A stretch of DNA of 26,242 bases from a virus (taxonomy: Duplodnaviria > Caudoviricetes). This document shows, one piece after another, positions 17,821 through 25,371 of the stretch. The stretch lies in the IMG/VR virus record IMGVR_UViG_3300031519_000190, positions 1 to 26,242 of that record; one strand, written 5' to 3'. Both the position numbers and the translations under genes were made by a program. Positions within the stretch are counted from its first letter, which is position 1; each line of letters begins with the position of its first letter. The notes below the pieces were generated by a model, which was not told the origin of the DNA, made no database searches, and worked only from the letters and a program-made list of their open reading frames with translations.

Positions 17821-18047
17821 AAGTGTAAATGAAAGTTTGGATGATGCAACATCAAGTCTAAGAAATGCCCTGGCATTTGCTGCTCGTAGTGAAAAACCAT
17901 TCATATGTAAAGAGATTGCAAGTCTCATCCATAAGATTGAAAGTGTAAAACAATCAGAGAAAGTTCTTGATATGTTGGAGAATGTTGGAGACCCGTAAAA
18001 AAGGTGATAATGGTCTATTTGGTTCCTTCTTTGATGGAGATGAATAA
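17807..18047 (+). pseudogene. Hypothetical gene frameshifted by a 10-bp tandem duplication
   Basis: ATGTTGGAGA is repeated at 17972 and 17982; removing one copy extends the ORF with TRKKGDNGLFGSFFDGDE to TAA 18047. Confidence 0.65.
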
Positions 18048-18134
18048 ATATCACAACAACCTGAAAACATCCTAAAGAAGGGAAAGATTCCAGGTTTTCT
18101 GGTCTAAACTATTAGTGTTTCAACACATACTCCC

Positions 18135-18299
18135 ATGACTCTTCAAAACAAAAATTCAAAACTAACTCAAAATGAACTTGATAGTATCAAAATTGCTGTA
18201 AAAGAGACAGGAATCAGGGCAATTCACCCTGAAAAAATGGAAGCTTATGCTGATAGTCTAGTAGAACGACTCAAAAATATTTCTAACGAAAATAAATAA
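18135..18299 (+). CDS. Small hypothetical protein (54 aa)
   Basis: MTLQNKNSKLTQNELDSIKIAVKETGIRAIHPEKMEAYADSLVERLKNISNENK; TAAACT -10-like box at 18105; below the track cutoff. Confidence 0.65.
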   Translation: MTLQNKNSKLTQNELDSIKIAVKETGIRAIHPEKMEAYADSLVERLKNISNENK

Positions 18300-18320
18300 T
18301 AAAAAAAATTTATAAACCAT

Positions 18321-18536
18321 ATGGAAAAAACTATCGAGGATCATATTGATAAGGATAAAAATATCCTTGATGATCCTACTATCTCACCTCAACAACGTCG
18401 TCATATTGAATCTGAACTTCATGATCTTGAAGAGTATCATGAACACAATCCAGAAGATCATCATGACCCCACTCCACTAGAAATGTATTGTGATGCGAAT
18501 CCTTCTGAACCAGAATGTTTGGTCTATGAAGACTGA
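18321..18536 (+). CDS. cp12: CP12 Calvin cycle regulator (auxiliary metabolic gene)
   Basis: C-terminal PTPLEMYCDANPSEPECLVYED with the CP12 Cys pair; N-terminus of the marine picocyanobacterial/phage type (IEDHI.KD...L.DP..S.Q.RRH). Confidence 0.95.
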   Translation: MEKTIEDHIDKDKNILDDPTISPQQRRHIESELHDLEEYHEHNPEDHHDPTPLEMYCDANPSEPECLVYED

Positions 18537-18553
18537 ACCAGGGGCATTCAACA

Positions 18554-18609
18554 GGTAGGGGTATTTGTTGATATAAGTCCCTTAAATTATAAATAGTGAT
18601 ACCCCTACC
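18554..18609 (+). promoter_or_regulatory. T4 late promoter inside an 11-bp inverted repeat
   Basis: GGTAGGGGTAT (18554-64) ... TATAAATA (18588-95) ... ATACCCCTACC (18599-609). Confidence 0.75.
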
Positions 18610-18618
18610 AAAAGAATA

Positions 18619-19371
18619 ATGACAGACATTTTTGAGTCCTTAAAGTATTTCATACCTGATGAAGATGATTACGAAATCCTTTCAGGTTATCCTTGTAGTG
18701 ATGAACATAGAGAGTACATGAGTCGTGCTCTCACAGAATGGTATAAAAATGCCCCTGAAGAATGGAAAGTTGTTAGGGGTTTCCCTAACTATGAGATAAG
18801 TAACTTGGGAGAGGTTAGGAATACCACCACAGGGAAACTCTGTAAGGTGGATAGAAACCTCTCTACAGGTGATGGAAGAGTTTTCCTCTATCTTGATAAA
18901 GGAATAAAGAGAACCAGGGGTATTTCCACTCTAATGAGAGAGAACTGGAGATATGAATGGATAAAGGAACTGGAACCAGGAGAACTCTGTAAAGAGTGTT
19001 ATGGGTGTAAGGGGTGGTATATTACTACAAAGGGTAGAGTATTCTCCACACACTATTATAGGTGGATAGAACCTACTAAAATGCAAAGTTACTACTGGAG
19101 GATAAACTATAAGGGAACTGGGTTCCCTCTCCACACACTGGTTGGGAGAACTTTCCTTACTGAATATAAGGAAGGGTTACTTATTCTCCATAAAGAAGAA
19201 ACTCTTCCCTATCCACAGATAAACTATCTCTCTAACCTGTGGGTAGGAACCTGGAGTGATAATAACAAAGATACTTGGAACAAAGGTAGGAACAACCACC
19301 CTGGCTTCCTTACTGAAGAACATAAACAAAAGTTGAGGAAACCAAAGAAGAGGAAGAGTATTATGGTATAA
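18619..19371 (+). CDS. Free-standing HNH homing endonuclease with NUMOD4-like repeats
   Basis: EEWKVVRGFPNYEISNLGEVRN and ELCKECYGCKGWYITTKGRVFS (NUMOD4-like); LHTLVGRTF...ILHK...NYLSNLWVGTWSDNNKD (HNH-like); NUMOD3-like TEEHKQKL tail. Confidence 0.8.
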   Translation: MTDIFESLKYFIPDEDDYEILSGYPCSDEHREYMSRALTEWYKNAPEEWKVVRGFPNYEISNLGEVRNTTTGKLCKVDRNLSTGDGRVFLYLDKGIKRTRGISTLMRENWRYEWIKELEPGELCKECYGCKGWYITTKGRVFSTHYYRWIEPTKMQSYYWRINYKGTGFPLHTLVGRTFLTEYKEGLLILHKEETLPYPQINYLSNLWVGTWSDNNKDTWNKGRNNHPGFLTEEHKQKLRKPKKRKSIMV

Positions 19372-19408
19372 TATTGTTAGTAACCTCTAAAGTGTCTCTG
19401 TAGTGTAA
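19372..19408 (+). repeat. Type B 37-bp promoter-like repeat, copy 1
   Basis: TATTGTTAGTAACCTCTAAAGTGTCTCTGTAGTGTAA. Confidence 0.9.
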
Positions 19409-19453
19409 GGGAGTTTCTTCCCTTCCCTGGTTGTTCCCTTTGTTATTTCCACT

Positions 19454-20335
19454 ATGTCACCACTACTCCACATAAACCATCCAGAAGACACAATACTCAC
19501 TGGTGACTTATCAGTCATCAATGCTCTTTATGGTGATGCATTTGTCAGTGTCAAGATTGATGGTGCTCCTGCCATTGTCTGGGGTACACATCCTGAGAAC
19601 GGTGAGTTCTTTGTATCAACCAAGTCTGCATTTAACAAGAAGAAAATCAAGGTTTGTTATACCAAGAAAGACGTAATCACTCACTTTGGTCATCAGGAGA
19701 GGGTGGCACTTATTCTTATCAATTGTTTGAAGTATCTCCCTCGTACTGAAGGAGTTTACCAAGGAGATTATCTGGGGACAGGTGGTAATACATCATACAA
19801 ACCTAATACTATTGAATATGTTTTTGATGAGATTGTAACTGAAAATATCATCATTGCTCCTCACACATATTACACTGGTGATTGTCCTCTCTATGAGATG
19901 GAGGCTCATGCACTGGAGGGTGACCTTTGTGAGACTAATGATTGTAAGTTCGTTCAACCTTTTGTTGACCGTGTAAACTGTAACATTACTGCTCCAGTCA
20001 TTGACACTAATGACTATACATTCCTCACAGAGAAAGAGGCTTGTCAGGCAAAGGTTGCCATCAATGCTCTTATCAGGTCTGGACAGAAACTTCATGAGGT
20101 TGACCTGATTGACATCCTTGGTTCACTTCAACTTGCCAATCTTTACCTATTAGTTGTTGAGATGAAGGAAGAACTTATGGAAGACATGATTGTCTACAAC
20201 TGCCCTAAGTCTTACATTGGTGGACTAAAGGTCAATCAAGAAGGGTTTGTCATGTCCACAGAGTATGGTATGATTAAACTCGTAGACCGTGAACAGTTCA
20301 GCTACGCCAATTTCGCACAGGGTAGATTTCAATGA
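19454..20335 (+). CDS. RNA-ligase-like nucleotidyltransferase-fold protein (DUF6267-like)
   Basis: SVKIDGAP (KxDG motif I), YQGDYL, EGFVM (motif IV), IKLV (motif V). Confidence 0.6.
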   Translation: MSPLLHINHPEDTILTGDLSVINALYGDAFVSVKIDGAPAIVWGTHPENGEFFVSTKSAFNKKKIKVCYTKKDVITHFGHQERVALILINCLKYLPRTEGVYQGDYLGTGGNTSYKPNTIEYVFDEIVTENIIIAPHTYYTGDCPLYEMEAHALEGDLCETNDCKFVQPFVDRVNCNITAPVIDTNDYTFLTEKEACQAKVAINALIRSGQKLHEVDLIDILGSLQLANLYLLVVEMKEELMEDMIVYNCPKSYIGGLKVNQEGFVMSTEYGMIKLVDREQFSYANFAQGRFQ

Positions 20336-20544
20336 CTGAAGAACCAACTAAATGGGAATACTTTCTTGATGGTTTCCACGACATCTATTTCATTCTTGAC
20401 TGTTATAATGATGGTGATGAATGGGGTTATGGTGAGTTTTGGGAAAGTTTGAGTATCGGTTGGTATCGAGAATACATCTTTCCTTATGATGATCCATATA
20501 CACACAGTCCGTCACCAGAACGCAAACTGAGATTATCGCAATGA
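20332..20544 (+). CDS. Hypothetical protein
   Basis: ATGA overlap with the upstream gene. Confidence 0.6.
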   Translation: MTEEPTKWEYFLDGFHDIYFILDCYNDGDEWGYGEFWESLSIGWYREYIFPYDDPYTHSPSPERKLRLSQ

Positions 20545-20663
20545 GTGATGAACAACTTGAACAAATGGAACCGGTAGAACTTGAAAGGTTCCTAGAAGAA
20601 TGTGCCGAGAAGGCCAAAGAATATGGAGTCTCATTTGAATACTACATGGCGGAGTTCGCATGA
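20541..20663 (+). CDS. Small acidic hypothetical protein (40 aa)
   Basis: MSDEQLEQMEPVELERFLEECAEKAKEYGVSFEYYMAEFA; ATGA overlaps on both sides. Confidence 0.65.
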   Translation: MSDEQLEQMEPVELERFLEECAEKAKEYGVSFEYYMAEFA

Positions 20664-20839
20664 CTGAAACCCAAAAGATCACCAGTGCATTGTCACAAAT
20701 TGACAATCTAACTATTCTTCTTGAGGATAATGAATGGAAAACCTTTCTTTATTCACATCTCATTCCACTCAAGTATGAGTTACAGAGACAACAAAGTCTC
20801 TTGACTAATCAGACTAATTCCACTAACATTGAAGAGTAA
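20660..20839 (+). CDS. Hypothetical protein (59 aa)
   Basis: MTETQKITSALSQIDNLTILLEDNEWKTFLYSHLIPLKYELQRQ...; GGAG SD and ATGA overlap. Confidence 0.65.
   Translation: MTETQKITSALSQIDNLTILLEDNEWKTFLYSHLIPLKYELQRQQSLLTNQTNSTNIEE
20801..20829 (+). promoter_or_regulatory. Sigma70-type promoter
   Basis: TTGACT-N17-TAACAT, about 25 nt before ATG 20853. Confidence 0.6.
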
Positions 20840-20852
20840 TCAAACCAAACCA

Positions 20853-21086
20853 ATGAAGACCCTGTTTATTGTTGACCACTTTGTCCCATTCCCACAATCA
20901 GAGTATGGTGGAGTTTGGAATGTTATTGCCGATGATGAAGATGAGTGTTTTGATGTAATTACATCTGAAGATGACAGTAATTATTTTGAGTATTATGGTA
21001 CTTTGAGGGAAAATATTAGTAAGGCATATAAATATACTATTACATCCGAGGCAGAATCAGGAATTGTTACCTCATTCCTTACTTAA
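20853..21086 (+). CDS. Hypothetical cyanophage protein
   Basis: ATG 20853, MKTLFIVDHFVPFPQSEYGG. Confidence 0.7.
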   Translation: MKTLFIVDHFVPFPQSEYGGVWNVIADDEDECFDVITSEDDSNYFEYYGTLRENISKAYKYTITSEAESGIVTSFLT

Positions 21087-21092
21087 ACTCAT

Positions 21093-21242
21093 ATGTCAAA
21101 CTATTCAACAGAGTCTCTTCTGATTGATCTTCAACGCACGATAAAACATCTTGAAGACAATATCAAAGAGAAGAACAAAGAGATTGAAAATCTTAAAGGT
21201 CTAATTTTCAAACTCCAAGACAACATTCAAAAAAGTGACTAA
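21093..21242 (+). CDS. Small coiled-coil protein (49 aa)
   Basis: MSNYSTESLLIDLQRTIKHLEDNIKEKNKEIENLKGLIFKLQDNIQKSD fills the gap. Confidence 0.6.
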   Translation: MSNYSTESLLIDLQRTIKHLEDNIKEKNKEIENLKGLIFKLQDNIQKSD

Positions 21243-21246
21243 CTAA

Positions 21247-21546
21247 ATGATTGAACTTGAACTCCCCAATGATTTTATTCATGAAGCTCCAACAGGATAT
21301 TCATATTCAGTTAGTGAATTCAAACCAAATGTATTATCAATTTGGTTGAATCATCATAAAGAATATATCTACACACCAGAACCTGTTAAGAGTATTTGGG
21401 GGTTCGTGCGGTTCTCAAAGAAAGGTCACAAATACTATTCACCAATCAACTCTAAAAAAGTTGGTAAGGAAATAGACATCAATGAAACACGCCCATTCAC
21501 TTCTATGAGACTCAACCTTAATCCTCTAGAGGCGGCGTTTTTCTGA
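21247..21546 (+). CDS. Hypothetical cyanophage protein
   Basis: ATG ORF in the gene run. Confidence 0.7.
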   Translation: MIELELPNDFIHEAPTGYSYSVSEFKPNVLSIWLNHHKEYIYTPEPVKSIWGFVRFSKKGHKYYSPINSKKVGKEIDINETRPFTSMRLNLNPLEAAFF

Positions 21547-21815
21547 TGGAAACCCGTAAAGATCGTATGGCCTACCCATATATCCCACAGGTTGATGATT
21601 ACGTCATCTGGAGACGTACTACTGGACAGATTGATAAAGGATGGGTATATTTTGTTGATAAGGAATATATTACTATTGAGACTGGTGTAAAGGATAAACC
21701 CAACTGTGAATATACAAGAGAAGAGAAACATAAGAAGATTCATACTTTGGTAGTATGTTATCCTTGTTTTTGGAATCAGTTAGAATATGTCAAGAACAGA
21801 AGAGGTGATGAATAA
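21546..21815 (+). CDS. Hypothetical cyanophage protein
   Basis: TGATG overlap; YIPQVDDYVIW...GWVYF; the start could be the second Met. Confidence 0.7.
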   Translation: METRKDRMAYPYIPQVDDYVIWRRTTGQIDKGWVYFVDKEYITIETGVKDKPNCEYTREEKHKKIHTLVVCYPCFWNQLEYVKNRRGDE

Positions 21816-21834
21816 GTGTAAAATCTATTGACTT

Positions 21835-21871
21835 TATTGTTAGTAACCTCCAAACTGTCCCTGTAGTGTAA
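21835..21871 (+). repeat. Type B 37-bp promoter-like repeat, copy 2
   Basis: TATTGTTAGTAACCTCCAAACTGTCCCTGTAGTGTAA. Confidence 0.9.
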
Positions 21872-21884
21872 CCAATCAATCATC

Positions 21885-22097
21885 ATGACGACTCCAATCG
21901 TAACTCAACTTTCAGAAATTCGTGACCAAGTTCGTAAACAGGATTACAAATGGACTAACGACCAACGTCAACGTTATGCCACCCTTATCGATCAACGTCA
22001 CGCACAAATTGCACAATGGCGTGAAGAAGGTCGTGTCTGGGTAGGCCCTTCTAACATTGGTAAGGATAAGCCACAGGAACAAGAATCAGACGATTGA
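21885..22097 (+). CDS. Hypothetical (probably early) protein
   Basis: ATG 13 nt after the repeat. Confidence 0.7.
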   Translation: MTTPIVTQLSEIRDQVRKQDYKWTNDQRQRYATLIDQRHAQIAQWREEGRVWVGPSNIGKDKPQEQESDD

Positions 22098-22145
22098 TAA
22101 ACTGACATATACCCTGTTGATCTCTATGGATTGACAGGGTATTAT
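22089..22145 (+). promoter_or_regulatory. Type A early-promoter-like element, copy 2
   Basis: GACGATT-GAT-AAACTGACAT, then hairpin ATACCCTGTTGATC...GATTGACAGGGTAT (22109-22142) containing TTGATC-N17-TATTAT. Confidence 0.55.
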
Positions 22146-22179
22146 TGTTAGTAACCTCCAAAGTGTCCCTATAGTATGA
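22143..22179 (+). repeat. Type B 37-bp promoter-like repeat, copy 3
   Basis: TATTGTTAGTAACCTCCAAAGTGTCCCTATAGTATGA. Confidence 0.9.
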
Positions 22180-22196
22180 CCACCACCACACCTGAA

Positions 22197-23381
22197 ATGA
22201 TTACTCTCCGCCCTCATCAACAACGTGGTTTGGACGCACTTGAGTCCAATGATCGCGGTCAGGTTATTGTTCCAACAGGAGGAGGTAAAACTCTGATTGC
22301 AATCATGGATGCCAAGAGACAAATAGAGACTCAACCCTCTACCATTGTTGTTGTCTGTCCTAGGATTTTGTTATCTGAACAGTTGTGTTCAGAGTTTCTT
22401 GAAGTCATTGACACCAAGAATGTTCATGTGCTTCATTGTCATAGTGGTGAAACTACTCACTTTAGTTCCACCAGGCCAAAAGATATTCACCTGTTCACCA
22501 ATGTAGCACGTAGTGAGGGTGAGAGTGTTCTAATCTTCACCACATATCACTCTCTACACCGTGTCCAGGAGGCAGATATTGAAGTTAATACCATTTACTT
22601 TGACGAGGCACATAACAGTGTTCAACGTCATTTCTTCCCCCCTACAGAGTTCTTCTCTAACGAAGCAGATCGTTCATACTTCTTTACTGCAACCCGTAAG
22701 ACTTCTGTCACTATCAATAAGCCTGGTATGAATGACCGTGAGGTTTATGGTGACATCATTTGTCGTGTCTCTGCACCTGAACTTGTTCAAGGTGGATACA
22801 TTGCCCCACCTAAAATTCATGTGAAAGAATTTGACATTCATAACAATACCAAACTCATTACTTGTGACACTGATTGTGAACATCTCATCTCCACTGTTGA
22901 TGAAGTTCAGATGAAGAAGCTTCTGGTCTGTGTGAAGACTTCCAAACAACTGGTAAATGTCATCACTCATACCGATTTCACTACTCAGTTGTCTGATCGT
23001 GGTTATTCTTACCTTTATATTACCGCAAAAACTGGTGCAGTTGTTGATGGTAAGAAGGTCAATCGTGAGGAGTTCTTCAATGTTCTCAATGCTTGGGGTA
23101 AAGACCCTGATAAAAAGTTCGTTGTTCTTCACCGTTCTATTCTGTCAGAGGGTATCTCTGTCAACCGTCTGGATTGTGTTATCTTCCTTCGTAATATGGA
23201 CACTATTGAATTAACTCAGTCGATCGGTCGTGTTCTTCGTACATGTCCTGATAAGTCCTTTGGGTTATGCGTGGTGCCGATTTATAGTAAAGTTGGGATT
23301 TCTACACAACGTGCTCTTCAAAATGTTGTTGATACGGTATTTGAAAGAGGTGAGCTCCTTGACAGCGTAGTGCGTAAATAA
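22197..23381 (+). CDS. SF2 DEAH-box helicase (ResIII-like)
   Basis: LRPHQ Q-motif, PTGGGKT, DEAH, FTAT, LSEGIS, QSIGRVLR. ATG 22197 is preferred because ATG 22176 abuts the -10 box. Confidence 0.92.
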   Translation: MITLRPHQQRGLDALESNDRGQVIVPTGGGKTLIAIMDAKRQIETQPSTIVVVCPRILLSEQLCSEFLEVIDTKNVHVLHCHSGETTHFSSTRPKDIHLFTNVARSEGESVLIFTTYHSLHRVQEADIEVNTIYFDEAHNSVQRHFFPPTEFFSNEADRSYFFTATRKTSVTINKPGMNDREVYGDIICRVSAPELVQGGYIAPPKIHVKEFDIHNNTKLITCDTDCEHLISTVDEVQMKKLLVCVKTSKQLVNVITHTDFTTQLSDRGYSYLYITAKTGAVVDGKKVNREEFFNVLNAWGKDPDKKFVVLHRSILSEGISVNRLDCVIFLRNMDTIELTQSIGRVLRTCPDKSFGLCVVPIYSKVGISTQRALQNVVDTVFERGELLDSVVRK

Positions 23382-23404
23382 GGTTCAGTCATACCAAGGG
23401 TTTT

Positions 23405-23427
23405 GGGGGTATCAAAAACCCCTTTTT
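23405..23427 (+). terminator. Putative intrinsic terminator
   Basis: GGGGT-ATCAAAA-ACCCC-TTTTT after the helicase stop. Confidence 0.55.
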
Positions 23428-23492
23428 CCATATCGAACCCGTTTATGACCTAACACACCTTCATTCACACAGAATTATTGAAAAAACAGTTT

Positions 23493-23702
23493 ATGAAACT
23501 AATTGAACACAGAAGTGATATCCTAGACCCTAAAGTTCAGGAACTAGGGTTCATTGTAGGTAAAGAAGATGAGTATGCAGCCATACCTTTGACAGGTAGT
23601 GAGACCAAGTTGGTTATCATTCATAAGGGTAATATTCTGAAGACTTGTCGTAACCGTAAGGCAGCACTTACCTTTATCAAGAAACATTCTAAAACTAAAT
23701 AA
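23493..23702 (+). CDS. Hypothetical protein
   Basis: ATG 23493 (MKLIEHRSDILDP). Confidence 0.65.
   Translation: MKLIEHRSDILDPKVQELGFIVGKEDEYAAIPLTGSETKLVIIHKGNILKTCRNRKAALTFIKKHSKTK
23695..23701 (+). promoter_or_regulatory. T4-type late promoter variant (CTAAATA)
   Basis: 22 nt before ATG 23724 of a gene with a capsid-targeting-like N-terminus. Confidence 0.55.
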
Positions 23703-23723
23703 GACATAGGATAAAGAAAGAAG

Positions 23724-24662
23724 ATGAAGACCTTTCAACAATTTAACGAAGAAGCACAGGTAGGCCCAGGGCTTTTCAGTGGTGGTAACACTGAGAATGA
23801 TTGGAGTAATACACAAATGCAAGGTTTTAGTAGTAAACTTGATAGTGTAAGAAAGGCACCTGTAAAGTTGGTGAAAGATCTTTACAAAGCCAAGAAAGAA
23901 GCAGAGCAAGAGAGAGAAAACGAACAAAGAAAGATTGACATCTATAACAAGAAGATGCAAGATAGTAAGAAAATTGCAAAACTTGAAAAACAAATTGACA
24001 ATATAACGAAGAAAGACCAACAACAAACTACTGATAAGAAACCTACACCTACACAACAAACCAATGAAGTTTATGACCCTGAAGTACAAGGCCGTAGTCA
24101 GATTCGTAAGACTGGTGAAGGTGGAAGAGTAGGAAGAGACCGTAGAAAGAGTGAACCAGAACGCCGTAGAATGAAGGCCACTGGTGGTGGTAAGTCTGAA
24201 CCAGTTAGCTATAAAGATCGTAAGGACATTGGTAGTCAGAAACAAGCAAGCACCCGTCAACAACAACCAGAAAAATCAAGAGGTTCTGAAGAAGTCAAAC
24301 AATCATATGCTGATAAAGTCAAGGCAGAAAGAAAGGCCGCAGCATTGGCAAGACGCCAGGCCAAATCAGGTGGTGGAGAGGTAACTAAAACTAAAACATC
24401 TTCTAAAGACGCTGAGAAACAAGCATCCAAACTTCTGACCAAGAAGACACCAGAGAAGAAAGTTGATCCTTCTTATAAACCAGCCAAGGAATCTGGTATG
24501 ACACGTGCAGAGAGAATGAAACAACAACGTAAGGGTGAAACCATGTTACGTGGTATATTCAAAGACCAAGAGACAGCAAAATATAAGAAAGAAACTGGTG
24601 TCAATCCTGATGCCAAAGGTAGAACCAAGATCATGGGTAGAGTTCATGCAAGAATGAAATAA
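23724..24662 (+). CDS. Highly charged probable internal head protein
   Basis: N-terminal MKTFQQFNEE resembles the T4 capsid targeting sequence (MKTYQEFIAE); K/E/Q/R-rich; late-promoter variant upstream. Confidence 0.65.
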   Translation: MKTFQQFNEEAQVGPGLFSGGNTENDWSNTQMQGFSSKLDSVRKAPVKLVKDLYKAKKEAEQERENEQRKIDIYNKKMQDSKKIAKLEKQIDNITKKDQQQTTDKKPTPTQQTNEVYDPEVQGRSQIRKTGEGGRVGRDRRKSEPERRRMKATGGGKSEPVSYKDRKDIGSQKQASTRQQQPEKSRGSEEVKQSYADKVKAERKAAALARRQAKSGGGEVTKTKTSSKDAEKQASKLLTKKTPEKKVDPSYKPAKESGMTRAERMKQQRKGETMLRGIFKDQETAKYKKETGVNPDAKGRTKIMGRVHARMK

Positions 24663-24675
24663 AAATATAATCAAA

Positions 24676-24736
24676 GTAACCAGTTTTTGAACTGTCACAA
24701 ACCCTCTTGACTTTTTTGTCAGAAGGGTTTTATAGT
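24676..24736 (+). promoter_or_regulatory. Type A early-promoter-like element, copy 3
   Basis: CAGTT-TTTG-AACTGTCAC dyad, then hairpin AAACCCTCTTGAC-T6-GTCAGAAGGGTTT containing TTGACT-N18-TATAGT. Confidence 0.7.
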
Positions 24737-24742
24737 ATGCAT

Positions 24743-24934
24743 ATGAACTACCAACAACTGACAGATACAATCTATCCAGACTTTGTTGAATACACTCTGG
24801 ATAAACATTCAAAAGAAATAAAAGATTTGTACAGGGGTTTCATTGATGAATATCTCAATGAAAGTCTTGGTGAGTTAAATCCAAGGACACGTAACAAACT
24901 GACAAAAGAGTTACTTAATCGACTTATTAGTTGA
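24743..24934 (+). CDS. Hypothetical protein (possibly leaderless)
   Basis: ATG 24743 lies 6 nt after the -10 box; the track's TTG 24707 is the -35 box. Confidence 0.6.
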   Translation: MNYQQLTDTIYPDFVEYTLDKHSKEIKDLYRGFIDEYLNESLGELNPRTRNKLTKELLNRLIS

Positions 24935-24937
24935 TAT

Positions 24938-24974
24938 TATTGTTAGTAACCTCTAAAGTGTCCCTGTAGTGTAA
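24938..24974 (+). repeat. Type B 37-bp promoter-like repeat, copy 4
   Basis: TATTGTTAGTAACCTCTAAAGTGTCCCTGTAGTGTAA. Confidence 0.9.
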
Positions 24975-24987
24975 CCACTCAATTATT

Positions 24988-25371
24988 ATGACAGTCACTC
25001 TTCAACAACTCAAAGACGAACTTTCTGTGCTCTCCACAATGACAAAATCCAAACCATACTTTTTGACTGAAGCACTTGTCGAAGTATTGAATAATGAATG
25101 GAAAGTTAATTCCATTGAATCTAATCGTGTTGTCATGAATCAACTGGAGGTAACGGAAGGTCAAAAGTATCTAAAAGTCTGGACATATAATGTTGTGAAC
25201 GGTGTGCGTGATAGTGGTCGTTCTTGCTGGATGTTCGTTGATAAGAATGACGGTGCATGTTACAAACCAAGTTCACATCGTGCTCCCGCAAAAGGTGTGA
25301 GGTATCTTATCACTCAACTGGCAGATAATCCTCACATTTGTGACCCTTACGGCAGTTTTTTATATCTCTGA
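24988..25371 (+). CDS. Conserved phage protein (YKPxSxxAPAK family), probably chimeric 3' end
   Basis: ATG 24988, 13 nt after the repeat; GQKYLKV...FVDKNDG.CYKPSSHRAPAKGVRY. Confidence 0.8.
   Translation: MTVTLQQLKDELSVLSTMTKSKPYFLTEALVEVLNNEWKVNSIESNRVVMNQLEVTEGQKYLKVWTYNVVNGVRDSGRSCWMFVDKNDGACYKPSSHRAPAKGVRYLITQLADNPHICDPYGSFLYL

Noticed and set aside
23544-24266. 240-aa minus-strand ORF
   Set aside because: It is the antisense shadow of a K/E/Q-rich gene (giving L/F-rich text), with no motifs or expression signals.
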